From an uncultured Hyphomicrobiales bacterium (lineage in GTDB: Bacteria > Bacteroidota > Ignavibacteria > Kapaibacteriales > UBA2268): a DNA stretch of 64,000 bases. Position 1 is the first letter of the stretch, and each line of letters starts with the position of its first letter. The notes under the pieces are model-generated. The model did not search any database and was not told where the DNA came from. It saw only the letters and a program-made list of their open reading frames with translations. Shown piece after piece: positions 40,822 through 50,593 of this stretch. The position numbers and the translations under genes were made by a program. Location of the stretch: the NCBI GenBank assembly GCA_964413155.1, contig CAYPRT010000001.1, positions 235,863-299,862 of the forward strand, in the 5' to 3' direction.

Positions 40822-41928
40822 ATGAAAAGGTTAATAGTAGATAAAATTTCAAAAAAATTCAATGAGCATTACATTTTAAGAAACATATCATTCGAAGTAA
40901 CAGAAAATGATTTTCTTGTTTTGGTTGGTCCATCGGGGTGTGGTAAAACAACAACCCTGCGCATAATTGCAGGATTGGAACAACAGACCACTGGAAACAT
41001 TATTTTCAACGATAGAATTTGGAACGACTTGTCTCCTGGGGCCAGAAATGTGGGTATGGTATTCCAGAATTATGCACTTTATCCCCATTTAAATGTATAC
41101 GAAAATTTAGCTTTCCCGTTGACAATTCAAAAAGTTCCAAAGAAGGAAATCAAACTTCGAGTTGAGGAAATCGCCTCTATGCTTCACTTGGAAAAAAAAT
41201 TGAACCATAAACCAAAGGAACTTTCTGGCGGCGAAAGACAACGAGTTGCTTTGGGGCGCGCAATCATTCGCCAACCAAATGTGTTTCTTTTCGATGAACC
41301 TCTTTCAAATTTGGATGCAAAACTGCGTGTTCTGATGAGAACAGAAATAATTAATTTAGTTAAAAGATTTAAAGTCCCTTCCATTTATGTTACTCACGAC
41401 CAAATCGAAGCTTTAACGATGGGAACAAAAGTAGCAATTTTGAAAGATGGTGCTATCCAACAAATTGGAACTCCACAAGAAGTTTATTTTCAGCCCCAAA
41501 ATGTTTTCGTTGCAACTTTCATTGGCTCCCCACAAATGAATTTATTCAATTGCTATTATTCCGATGGATTGGTCATCGAAAAGAATAAGTTATTCCAATT
41601 CGATATTTCAAAACTTTTCCCCAACGCAAATAGTAGTAAATTAGAGGATATACTAAAACAATGTACAGAGTTTATTATTGGAATTCGTCCAGAAGATTTA
41701 CAAATCGCAAAAGATTCGCCGGGTATCATTCATTCAAAAATCCGAACTTACGAATACACCGGTTACGAGGCAATAGTTTACTTTGGAACAGAAAACGGTC
41801 TCTTTTCCTTTATCGTAAAAAACTCAAATATGAAATTCGAAATTAACGAGACAATACATCTAAATTTTGATTTTAAAAATCTCCATTTTTTCGATAAAAA
41901 TGGAGAAAGATTTAATTTTTTTGTGTAA
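40822..41928 (+). CDS. MalK/MsmX-type ABC transporter ATP-binding protein with a C-terminal TOBE domain; no permease or SBP adjacent
   Basis: Walker A GPSGCGKTT, signature LSGGERQRVALGRA, Walker B FLFDEPLSNLD, FIGSPQMN. Confidence 0.85.
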   Translation: MKRLIVDKISKKFNEHYILRNISFEVTENDFLVLVGPSGCGKTTTLRIIAGLEQQTTGNIIFNDRIWNDLSPGARNVGMVFQNYALYPHLNVYENLAFPLTIQKVPKKEIKLRVEEIASMLHLEKKLNHKPKELSGGERQRVALGRAIIRQPNVFLFDEPLSNLDAKLRVLMRTEIINLVKRFKVPSIYVTHDQIEALTMGTKVAILKDGAIQQIGTPQEVYFQPQNVFVATFIGSPQMNLFNCYYSDGLVIEKNKLFQFDISKLFPNANSSKLEDILKQCTEFIIGIRPEDLQIAKDSPGIIHSKIRTYEYTGYEAIVYFGTENGLFSFIVKNSNMKFEINETIHLNFDFKNLHFFDKNGERFNFFV

Positions 41929-41994
41929 AAACCAAATAGGATCCTTTTAAAAACCGACTAAAAAATTTTTAGAACAAATAGTTACTATATAGAT

Positions 41995-42345
41995 TTATTG
42001 AAGAAACAAAGAGAGAATATCCTTTGGAATAATATTTGCTTGAGCTTTCAATCCATCGTTTTTAAGTTGTCCTTGTCGCAAGGTTTCGATTTCTTGCAAA
42101 GCTTCCTCTAAAGTTTGAATTTGTTTAAACCGACCTTGACTCAAAGGATGATTATTCTCCACTTGGCTCTTATTGTCCAGATACTTTAAAGCAATATCGA
42201 CAACGCTTCGCTGCCAATCATTCAATTGAAGGATGTCAAGTTCTTTTCTATTCTCTTGTGAACTTGTGTTAGAAGGAGTAGTTTTTGGGATATTTTCTTT
42301 AACATCAAGTTTTTTTTCCAGATTTGAAATTGATATTATTTCCAT
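41995..42345 (-). CDS. Hypothetical protein (116 aa)
   Basis: Strong SD AAGGGGGAAAG before the ATG. No recognisable domain. Confidence 0.45.
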   Translation of the reverse strand: MEIISISNLEKKLDVKENIPKTTPSNTSSQENRKELDILQLNDWQRSVVDIALKYLDNKSQVENNHPLSQGRFKQIQTLEEALQEIETLRQGQLKNDGLKAQANIIPKDILSLFLQ

Positions 42346-42481
42346 CTTTCCCCCTTGTTTTTTTAAATATTTCTTTGTATTTTGTTCTTGAATTTTATTT
42401 ATATTTTAAAAAAGTGAAAAAGTCAAATTCCATACCAGAAAAAGAACGGTCTTACAATTGTCAAATAAAAAGGAGGCTTTT

Positions 42482-42988
42482 ATGAAATATTTTGTAACCC
42501 TATTTATTTTATTTCTTTTATTCTCTTGTTCAACAAGTGAGGAGCAGCTTTCAACCGAAGAAGAAGTAAAGGAAAAAGACAAAGTAATCGAAGTTTTGAA
42601 AGCCTACAACAAAGCTTACGAAAAGAAGAATTTCAGTGAAATGGTGAGATACCTTGCAAATGACTTGACTTTTTTTGGAAGCGACTCTGCTGAAACAATA
42701 AAGTCGCTTTCCGAATTCAAAGTTGCAATCGAAAAGCAATGGGAAGATATCGACTCAATGCGATATGGCAATATGGTCGATATTTTCGTTCTTATTGATT
42801 CGAAAGGAAAACTCGCTTCGGCAATTTATGGAATTCCTCTCGAATTGTGGACAAATGGAAAATATGTACGACTATTTCTTCGTGTTGCTCGTACATTGAA
42901 GAAGGAAGGCGGCAACTGGGTAATTGCAAGCGGCATCACTGGAATTACCCGCGCTTCAAAATCCGTAAAAGAATTAGTCGAAGAATAA
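42482..42988 (+). CDS. NTF2/SnoaL-like (DUF4440-type) lipoprotein
   Basis: SD AAAGGAGG before the ATG at 42482. MKYFVTLFILFLLFSCS lipobox. LKAYNKAYEKKNFSEMVRYLANDLTFFGSDSAE is typical of NTF2-like folds. Confidence 0.6.
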   Translation: MKYFVTLFILFLLFSCSTSEEQLSTEEEVKEKDKVIEVLKAYNKAYEKKNFSEMVRYLANDLTFFGSDSAETIKSLSEFKVAIEKQWEDIDSMRYGNMVDIFVLIDSKGKLASAIYGIPLELWTNGKYVRLFLRVARTLKKEGGNWVIASGITGITRASKSVKELVEE

Positions 42989-43138
42989 ATAATAATTTTA
43001 CCTCTAATTATTAAATAAAATATTTCTTCATTTTAAAGGTTTTAACCTAAAGCCTTTCCTTTTTAAATTTTGGAAAGGGGTTAAACTATTTTTTATTTTT
43101 ATTTTTGCATTTATGTTTGTATAAAATTGAATTCAAGA

Positions 43139-46100
43139 GTGAAGAAGATTATTTTTCTGGTCATTTGTGAAGTATTCTATTTTCACATTTTCTTTCAAAC
43201 TGAATCCAAAGCACAACTTATCGAAACGAAGATTGATTACCCAACCAATTCTTATTTTAATGTATGGAACTTGCTTAGTAGCGGACTATTGAAGCCATCG
43301 GGAAAAGAATTAACCCAACTACTTGAAACCAATCAAAATTTTCCAGCATACGAAAAATCTATTCTACTTCAAAGTCAAACCGAATTCTATTCTGGCAGAG
43401 TAGAATTTGCAAAAAAACTTTTAGAAAAATTTCTAAATAATAATCCCAAATCGCTCTTTGCTCCCTACTTTTACGAAAATCTTGGAAACTTTTCCTTCGA
43501 AAGCAAGCAATACGAAGATGCAAGCAAATATTATCTTCTTGCCGTTCAAAGTGGCCAAAAAGAATTCGCTTTGCGTAAAGATTCTTCCTATTTTGAATTA
43601 TCCGCTCGGTGCCTTTATTGGAATGGGGTTGCTAAGCTTATGAATGGAAAAGTAGATGCAAGCAGAGAAACCTTCGAGACGTGCTTTAGGAATTACCAAA
43701 AATCATCAATTGCCGACGATGCTCTATATTTTCTTGGCTTGATCTCCGAAATGAAAGGCGAAGAGGAAACAGCAATTAACTATTACAAAACTTTACAAAA
43801 GCAATACCCATATTCAAATGTTTTACTTGCCTCGAAAATCAGAGAAACTAGTAATTATATAACACTTCGACAAGATGCTCAAGCACTTGTTGCACTCGAT
43901 TTCGCAGAGAGTATTTACACAAAGATACAAATCCGAGATTCTTTAGGTTTACTATATGAAAAACAGGATTATTGCGAAGACATTGAAGAAAAAATTAAGT
44001 TTCTTCGTGGCGAAGCCTATATGATTGCATCCCGCTTCGATGATGCCATTGGGGAATATAATGATTTTATTACAAAGTTCCCCAACTCTAAATATCTGCT
44101 GGATTCGAAACTGAAAATTGGTTTAGCACTCCTGGAAAAAGGGGATTTCATTAAAAGTATTGAACAATTCGATAAAATCATAAATGACTGCAAAAATGAA
44201 AACCAACAACAAAGGCAACTTGCAGAATTATATCGTGCAATGGCTAATCGCCGTTTAGGGCGGTTGAGCGAAGCACAAAATTTGCTTTCCGAATTAGTTG
44301 CCCGAAGCAATTATTCATTTTCTTCTGTCGTTTTACTTGAGCTTGGCTTGATATACTACGAAAAAAAAGAATTCGACAAAGCAAATAAAACTTTTGAACG
44401 AGGATTAAGAGAATCCACGGACAATTTAATTACCGCAAAGTTGAACCTAATGCTTGGTGCAACAAACTTAGAGTTGAAAAACTACTCTCGAGCAATTCAA
44501 TGTTACAAAACAGCAGAAGAGCTTGCAAAACGGGCAACAAATGTTCAAATGCCCAACAAGAACTGGTTCATTGCCGAATCTAGATTGAAACAGGCAATTG
44601 CCCAAATTTATTCTTTTCGAAATGCTGAAGCAATTCCAAATCTGTTATATATAATCGGAAATTTCCCATTCGACCAACGAAGCGAGGAAGCACTTTTTTG
44701 GTTAGCCGAAGCCTATTACCGTTCGGATATGTTACAAAATGCCATCGACAAATACGAATCTTTCATTGCGAAGTATCCAAAAAGTAAATACCGAGAAGAA
44801 GCTCTTTATGGTTTAGGATGGTCATATTTTCGTTTAAAGAACTTTAGAAAATCGAGCGATATTTTTGCGAAACTGGTCACTGAATTCCCTTCCTCGAAAT
44901 ATAATGTTGAAGTTTGGCTGCGGCAGGGCGATGGGTATTACGTTCTAAAAGATTTCAGAAATGCTATAGAAAGTTATCGAAAAGTTATCAACTTAAGTCC
45001 AAAAAGCGAAGAAGCCCAATATGCAAATTACCAGATATGCCATTCCCTTTATAAAATGGGGAACCTGAACGATGCTTATAACCAGGGTCTTGAGTTTATT
45101 AAGAAATATCCAAATTCTACTTATGCACCAAATGCACTTTACCTTGCTGCATGGATAAAATTCCAGCAAAAAGAATATTCCGAAGCAATAAATAGTTTCA
45201 ACTTTTTGATCGATGCTTACCCAAATAGTTTGCTTGTTCCACGAGCACGATATGCAATAGCTGATGCATTGTACAATATGAGCAAATTCGAAGAGGCAGC
45301 CAAAGTTTATCAAGAAATTTTGGATAAATACCCATCAAGCCCACTTGTTGCCGATGCTTTGCGAAGTCTGCAATACTGCTACATTGCCTTAGGTCGCGAA
45401 CAGGAGGCAATCCAAATTGCCGATGAGTATATCAATCGAAATCCTGAATCCCCCTTTGCGATGGATTTTATTTTAAAGAAAGGACAAATGTTTTTTACAG
45501 GTAAAAATTATAAGAATGCTATTGCTGAATTTCAGAATTTTGTGCAAAAATTCCCCGAAAGCGAAAAAAAGCCCGAAGCATTGTTTTGGATGGCTAAAAG
45601 TTACCAGAGTCTTGGCGAAAGTGAAAATGCTATTAATCTTTTCAAAGAGATAATTTCAAAATATAAAACCAGCGAATTTGCTCCTCAATCGATGCTCGAA
45701 TTGGGCTTGATTTTTAAAACAAATGCAAACATTCAACTTGCAGATTCATTATTTTCCCAGCTTCAAGAACAATATCCCGAGGCGCCTGAATCTGCTCAAG
45801 CGGGATTTGAACAAGCATCAATAAGATTTACTCTTGGCGACACAATATCCGCAATTCAAATTTGGAAAAAGATTGCTGATAATTTCGATGGAACAGAATT
45901 CGGGGACCAAAGTTTGTATAAAATTGCAATGTATTACCGACTTTCGGGTGCATACTCCGAAGCAATACGTGAGTTTACTCGATTGGCAAGCTCTTCGCTC
46001 GACCCAAATCTTGCAGCAGAATCTCAGTACCGACTTGGCGAAATTTACTATCGAATTGGCAACCGCGAAAAGGCTATCGAAGAATTTTCCAAAGTACGCG

Positions 46101-46288
46101 ATAAATTCGCTGGAATTGAGGATTGGTTTACACTCGCTCTTCTAAATTTAGGTGAGTTACTCGAACAACAGGGCAACACCGAAGAGGCAATTAACTGCTA
46201 TCGCTCTATTCTTGCAACTCGTGAATCAGACGACTATACAAAAACCGCAAAACGCCGTCTTCAACTCATTGAGCAAAAATCAAAATAA
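43139..46288 (+). CDS. Giant TPR protein made of ~10 CpoB(YbgF)/BamD-type repeats
   Basis: Recurrent 'F(I/V)xKYPxSxYxxxALYxLG' units (FIAKYPKSKYREEALYGLGW, LVTEFPSSKYNVEVWL, FIKKYPNSTYAPNALYLAAW, LIDAYPNSLLVPRARYAIA, ILDKYPSSPLVADAL, FVQKFPESEKKPEALFWMA...). Start proposed at the GTG at 43139 (MKKIIFLVICEVFYF signal-like). The tracked ORF starts at a TTG at 43127. Confidence 0.7.
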   Translation: MKKIIFLVICEVFYFHIFFQTESKAQLIETKIDYPTNSYFNVWNLLSSGLLKPSGKELTQLLETNQNFPAYEKSILLQSQTEFYSGRVEFAKKLLEKFLNNNPKSLFAPYFYENLGNFSFESKQYEDASKYYLLAVQSGQKEFALRKDSSYFELSARCLYWNGVAKLMNGKVDASRETFETCFRNYQKSSIADDALYFLGLISEMKGEEETAINYYKTLQKQYPYSNVLLASKIRETSNYITLRQDAQALVALDFAESIYTKIQIRDSLGLLYEKQDYCEDIEEKIKFLRGEAYMIASRFDDAIGEYNDFITKFPNSKYLLDSKLKIGLALLEKGDFIKSIEQFDKIINDCKNENQQQRQLAELYRAMANRRLGRLSEAQNLLSELVARSNYSFSSVVLLELGLIYYEKKEFDKANKTFERGLRESTDNLITAKLNLMLGATNLELKNYSRAIQCYKTAEELAKRATNVQMPNKNWFIAESRLKQAIAQIYSFRNAEAIPNLLYIIGNFPFDQRSEEALFWLAEAYYRSDMLQNAIDKYESFIAKYPKSKYREEALYGLGWSYFRLKNFRKSSDIFAKLVTEFPSSKYNVEVWLRQGDGYYVLKDFRNAIESYRKVINLSPKSEEAQYANYQICHSLYKMGNLNDAYNQGLEFIKKYPNSTYAPNALYLAAWIKFQQKEYSEAINSFNFLIDAYPNSLLVPRARYAIADALYNMSKFEEAAKVYQEILDKYPSSPLVADALRSLQYCYIALGREQEAIQIADEYINRNPESPFAMDFILKKGQMFFTGKNYKNAIAEFQNFVQKFPESEKKPEALFWMAKSYQSLGESENAINLFKEIISKYKTSEFAPQSMLELGLIFKTNANIQLADSLFSQLQEQYPEAPESAQAGFEQASIRFTLGDTISAIQIWKKIADNFDGTEFGDQSLYKIAMYYRLSGAYSEAIREFTRLASSSLDPNLAAESQYRLGEIYYRIGNREKAIEEFSKVRDKFAGIEDWFTLALLNLGELLEQQGNTEEAINCYRSILATRESDDYTKTAKRRLQLIEQKSK

Positions 46289-46298
46289 AGAGGTGAAT

Positions 46299-47873
46299 AT
46301 GAGACCCTTCATTGTTATTTTTTCATTGTTCGCTATAGGCTTTAAATTATTTGCCCAAAATGCTTCCCAACCACTGGAACTTCCAAACTTTATTATCGAA
46401 GGCAAAGAACAAATCGATGTTCAAGTTGGAACTAAGCAAATGCCTGTTTTCCCAACCTACATTTCTCGTGGATTGCTCGACTCGTTAATAATTGTTGAAA
46501 AACCAAGAAATTATATCGTGTTCCCTGTTACTTTTCCCACTTCAAAATTTTCAAAAAAATACCCAAATGGATATACAAATCTTTCTCTTGGTAGTTTTTT
46601 TACAGGAAACTTAAATTTTGGCTATAATACAAAATTTGCGGATTACGATATATTTACTTTTGGCGAAATTAAATCCAGCAAAGGACATCTGGAAAATGCC
46701 GCCTACACTGGAATTTTTTTGGGCGCTCAATCTGAATACCTCGCCCCCGACAAATTTTTCATATTCGGTGGAAGCAAAACAACTACAAACATTGAGTTCA
46801 AGAATCGAAATTATAAGTTATATGCAATAGAAAATCCGCCTTCCAGGACTCAAACCGACTTTTTGGCAAAAATCAGCTCAACTGGCAACTTCGAAAGCTT
46901 CGATTTCAATACCGGCGCCAATTTCTACATTTTTCACCAAAGTGGTGCAGGGAACTCATTGAACGAAACGACACTTGGTGGTTTTCTCGAAATAGCAAAA
47001 TCGAGTTTCAGTAACCAATTCGGCGGAAGTATTTCGATAGATTTTCGTTCTTTAAACAATAACTCTGCTAACTTTTTCGAAGCTTCTGGGTTTTACAGAT
47101 TCGAATATGAACAAAACAAAATTGAACCCAAAATTGGTTTACAACTTACTCGTTCGAGCAACGGCAATTCCCGCCCAATGATACTTGCTTGCCTTAATAT
47201 CGAAAGAATTTTGACGCCCAATCTCGAAATTTCTGGTGGAATTTCAAACAAATTAAAAAATATCGCACTCAACATATTTGCATTCGAAAATCCTTATCTA
47301 TCTGATTCAATATATCTTGATTATACTAATTTCACTGAAATTTATGCAAACTTAAAATTCCAACCAACTAAAGATTTGACTGCAATAATTGGTACAAAAT
47401 TTTCACTTGCAAAAAGGTATCCCGTTTTTTGGAACATTTCAAAAGAGTTCTTTATCATCGAATATCTCGATGCTACATTTTTCCAACTTTTCGCCGAAGG
47501 TTATTGGATTGTTCCACTTGTTGGCGATTTTTCTTTATGCTCCTCTTTGAACTTTTCTACCCTTTCAACAAACAAAAAGGAAGTCCCTTATGTACCAGTT
47601 TTTAAAGGAAGGTTCGACTACCGAAGAAAATTTTTCGAAAAATTAAACATAAATATATTTGGAGAGTTTACAGGAACAAGATATGCCGACCCAAATAATC
47701 AGGTTTTGCTCGACGCATATAACAATATTGGATGTAACATTGAATATTTATTTTCGAATTCGGTTTTTCTTTCATTCAAAATTGAAAATTTATTAAATTC
47801 GAATGTATGGATTTGGAATAATTATAAAGAAAGAGGTCTGAATCTAAACATTGCTTTAACTTATAAATTCTAA
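46299..47873 (+). CDS. Putative outer-membrane beta-barrel protein
   Basis: SD GAGGTGA then MRPFIVIFSLFAIGFKLFAQ signal peptide. Alternating amphipathic strands. C-terminal ...LNIALTYKF ends in Phe. Its stop overlaps the next gene. Confidence 0.55.
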   Translation: MRPFIVIFSLFAIGFKLFAQNASQPLELPNFIIEGKEQIDVQVGTKQMPVFPTYISRGLLDSLIIVEKPRNYIVFPVTFPTSKFSKKYPNGYTNLSLGSFFTGNLNFGYNTKFADYDIFTFGEIKSSKGHLENAAYTGIFLGAQSEYLAPDKFFIFGGSKTTTNIEFKNRNYKLYAIENPPSRTQTDFLAKISSTGNFESFDFNTGANFYIFHQSGAGNSLNETTLGGFLEIAKSSFSNQFGGSISIDFRSLNNNSANFFEASGFYRFEYEQNKIEPKIGLQLTRSSNGNSRPMILACLNIERILTPNLEISGGISNKLKNIALNIFAFENPYLSDSIYLDYTNFTEIYANLKFQPTKDLTAIIGTKFSLAKRYPVFWNISKEFFIIEYLDATFFQLFAEGYWIVPLVGDFSLCSSLNFSTLSTNKKEVPYVPVFKGRFDYRRKFFEKLNINIFGEFTGTRYADPNNQVLLDAYNNIGCNIEYLFSNSVFLSFKIENLLNSNVWIWNNYKERGLNLNIALTYKF

Positions 47874-47874
47874 T

Positions 47875-49818
47875 ATGAATTTACAAATAGACAAAAACTT
47901 ATACGATGAACGATATTATGGAGGCTTTGAACCTACCGATCCCGAGGATGAAACTTTTTTACTGGAAAAAATTGACAATTATCCGGGAACTTTACCTTTC
48001 GAATTCAAAGAAACTGAAACCGAAAATTTAGATTTTGTTTCCGAACCCGAGCAAACTCCAGAAGTTTCACCAATTCCCCAACAAAGTTCTGAAATTACTT
48101 ATCAAGAAGGATTCACTGGTGAAGAAAGCTCTCCTTTCGAAGAAAAAATTGCAGAAACGGGGGAAATCTCGGAAAATATCAATAAACAATTCGACAAGAT
48201 AGGGAAAGAAGAGCGAGTACCAATTCCATATGAAAAAGCTGGTGTTGAAAAAATTGAAAAAGAAGTTCTACCATATGAAAAAGCAGGTCTGGTTGAGAAA
48301 GAAGAAGTTACACCTTTTGTAAAAACACCAACAGAGGCAATCCAAAAAGATTATCCAGACTACGAACCAAAGGATAAGCCTGTTAAATCTATTTGGGATA
48401 TTTTTGAAGAAGAGACCCCAACAACTGAAGAAACCGATCAACCAGCGGTCGAGGAAACTACCCCTTTCGAGGAAGCGAAATCAGAAGCAATTCAAGAACA
48501 ACCTCTTGAACAGAAACTCGAGCCAGAATTAAAACAAAAAGTTGAAACCACCGAAAAAGAACCCGAAACAATCATTATCGAGCCCCAAAGTATTGTTGAT
48601 GTTCCGATTGAAATTAAAATCGAAGGAGTCGACCCAGAGGAATTTTCGAAGGTATTTGATGAAGATTTTCGCAAAACCATTATAGAGGATTTAGCCAAAA
48701 GCGAGAAAAGAAAAAAGGAAAAAGTCGTAGAAGATAAAGAAATCATCACTACAAAAGAAAAAGAAGAGCTTCAGAAGGAACTCAATGTGGCTTCTGGAGT
48801 TGAATCCAAAAGTGAAGTTATGGAGTTTGATCTAAGCGAAATGTCGTTGGAAAAGCCTTCCGAAATCCTTGCTAAAGATTTGGTTGAAAGCGGAGACTTG
48901 GATAAGTTAAAAAAGAAGATGAAAAAGCAAAAAATAAAGGAAACAACCGAGGAAGCAGAACCAAGCAAATCCCATGAAGAAATTACCGAAGCTCCCATTG
49001 ACCTTGAATCAGCGATAGAACCAGAACTTACGCCGGCTGTAGTTGAAGTTCAAACTGAAGATGTGACAGAACAGGCTGAAGAGCCAAAAACGGAAGAAAA
49101 CGAAGAGAAAAAGAAGCGGAAAGTTCCCGTGCTTTGGTTTATCTTTGCTGGTCTGATTTTTTTAATTCTATTAATTGGTGGATATTTCGCTTACCTTAAT
49201 TTTATTAAAAAACCAGTTTCAGAAAAAGAAATTACAAAGAAAGAAACCGAGATCAAAAAACCAAAAGTTCAAGAAATACAACAAAAAGAAAAAAATAAGG
49301 AAGAATTTCGAAAGCCGGAACCCACAGAACTTCAAGTAAAAGAAGAAGCTAAGGCACCAACTGGTGAACAGAAAGTTACGCTCGAAAAACCACAAAAATT
49401 AGTTGCTGAAAAAACTTCAACAGAAAAAATTTCACCTACAAAAGAAAAACCTACGAAATCAACTGAAAAACCTGAACCATCCAAAAAAGAAAAAGTAAAG
49501 GAATTTGAATCTAAATTTTCATCCATCAAAAAAACAGAAAAGATAAAAATTATTGAAGAAACACCTGAAACTAAAACCTCTCTTATGCCAAAAGAAGAAT
49601 ATTCAATAGAAATATTTTCCACAACAGAAATGGATGAAGCAACTTATTGGGTAAACCAACTTACGCATAAGGGGGTGAATGCATACCTTAAACCTTATCG
49701 CTTTCGTAACATAAACTATTACAAAGTTAGGGTTGGAAAGTTTAATTCAATCGAGGAAGCCAAACAAGTTGCACGTACTCTGGGCTTCAAAAACTTTTGG
49801 ATTGATAGAATAAAATAA
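47875..49818 (+). CDS. SPOR-domain protein with a long E/K/P/T-rich disordered region and one TM helix
   Basis: TM VPVLWFIFAGLIFLILLIGGYFAYL. C-terminal SPOR fold YSIEIFSTTEMDEATYWVNQL...YKVRVGKFNSIEEAKQVARTLG. Confidence 0.7.
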   Translation: MNLQIDKNLYDERYYGGFEPTDPEDETFLLEKIDNYPGTLPFEFKETETENLDFVSEPEQTPEVSPIPQQSSEITYQEGFTGEESSPFEEKIAETGEISENINKQFDKIGKEERVPIPYEKAGVEKIEKEVLPYEKAGLVEKEEVTPFVKTPTEAIQKDYPDYEPKDKPVKSIWDIFEEETPTTEETDQPAVEETTPFEEAKSEAIQEQPLEQKLEPELKQKVETTEKEPETIIIEPQSIVDVPIEIKIEGVDPEEFSKVFDEDFRKTIIEDLAKSEKRKKEKVVEDKEIITTKEKEELQKELNVASGVESKSEVMEFDLSEMSLEKPSEILAKDLVESGDLDKLKKKMKKQKIKETTEEAEPSKSHEEITEAPIDLESAIEPELTPAVVEVQTEDVTEQAEEPKTEENEEKKKRKVPVLWFIFAGLIFLILLIGGYFAYLNFIKKPVSEKEITKKETEIKKPKVQEIQQKEKNKEEFRKPEPTELQVKEEAKAPTGEQKVTLEKPQKLVAEKTSTEKISPTKEKPTKSTEKPEPSKKEKVKEFESKFSSIKKTEKIKIIEETPETKTSLMPKEEYSIEIFSTTEMDEATYWVNQLTHKGVNAYLKPYRFRNINYYKVRVGKFNSIEEAKQVARTLGFKNFWIDRIK

Positions 49819-49876
49819 TAAATACATTAAAAATCTTTTCAGTTTTGATTTAAATTACTTTATATTTCCCAAACTT

Positions 49877-50593
49877 TTACATTAATAATTTTTTGAAAAG
49901 TTCCATTGACTCTATTAATTTTTCTTTTTTTAACTCTTTAAAATATCCAACCTTGTGGATTGGTTTATCAACTATTCTTTCACCTTCTAAAAGGGTAACG
50001 ATGTGTAAATCGACATCGAAATAGGACAACAAAGTATGAGTTGAAGGACTACCAGATTTAATTGAGTTTGGCGAAGAATAATCGCCTCCTAATTGGCTTT
50101 CCAATTGGAATAGTACAAAATTTAGATTTGGATAAAGCTGTTTAAAAAGAGTAAAATCAACTAAAATTCTTTTAAGCATTGCATTTTCAGTATAAGCTTT
50201 GCATTCAATAGCAATTATAAATTGTTTATCAATATAAACTTGAACATCTGTTCTTAATAGATAATAATAATCAGCAATGTGTTCCTCAATATATGACCTC
50301 ACTTCTGGATTTTTAATGCGCTCAAGATATTCTTGTTTTATTGGAATTTTTACTGCTTCTTTATCTAATAATAATCTGTTTGGATCCTGTTTGAGTGAAT
50401 TCCAGGCTAATTTCACAAGAGATTCAGCTAATCTTTCAACATAATTTCCTTTTTTCGATCTAACTACTCCACCATAGGCTCTGCCTTTTTCCTCGAGTGC
50501 CTCTTTATCAATTGTTTTAATAAAGTTATTATATTCATCAATTAGTTCTTGAAGAGCATCAGAGGAATCGTCATTCATAATCCCCCGCATCAA
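49877..50593 (-). CDS. Putative Type II restriction endonuclease (PD-(D/E)XK candidate)
   Basis: 238 aa, no known-family match by eye. Candidate motif YIDKQFIIAIECKAY (D...ExK). Overlaps the 3' end of the methyltransferase gene by 23 nt. Low GC. Confidence 0.5.
   Translation of the reverse strand: MMRGIMNDDSSDALQELIDEYNNFIKTIDKEALEEKGRAYGGVVRSKKGNYVERLAESLVKLAWNSLKQDPNRLLLDKEAVKIPIKQEYLERIKNPEVRSYIEEHIADYYYLLRTDVQVYIDKQFIIAIECKAYTENAMLKRILVDFTLFKQLYPNLNFVLFQLESQLGGDYSSPNSIKSGSPSTHTLLSYFDVDLHIVTLLEGERIVDKPIHKVGYFKELKKEKLIESMELFKKLLM

Noticed and set aside
43053-43078. Inverted repeat CCTTTCC...GGAAAGG after the NTF2-like gene as a terminator
   Set aside because: 7-bp stem with a 12-nt loop and no adjacent T-tract. 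At best a weak terminator, so it is not listed as a feature.
46152-46298. N-terminal extension of the tracked 573-aa ORF overlapping the TPR gene
   Set aside because: The true start is the ATG at 46299, preceded by GAGGTGA and followed by a signal peptide. The upstream part is the 3' end of the TPR gene in another frame.
48000-49500. Repetitive E/K/P/T-rich coding sequence in the SPOR gene
   Set aside because: Low-complexity protein-coding repeats within one long ORF. Not a CRISPR array, tandem DNA repeat element or mobile element.
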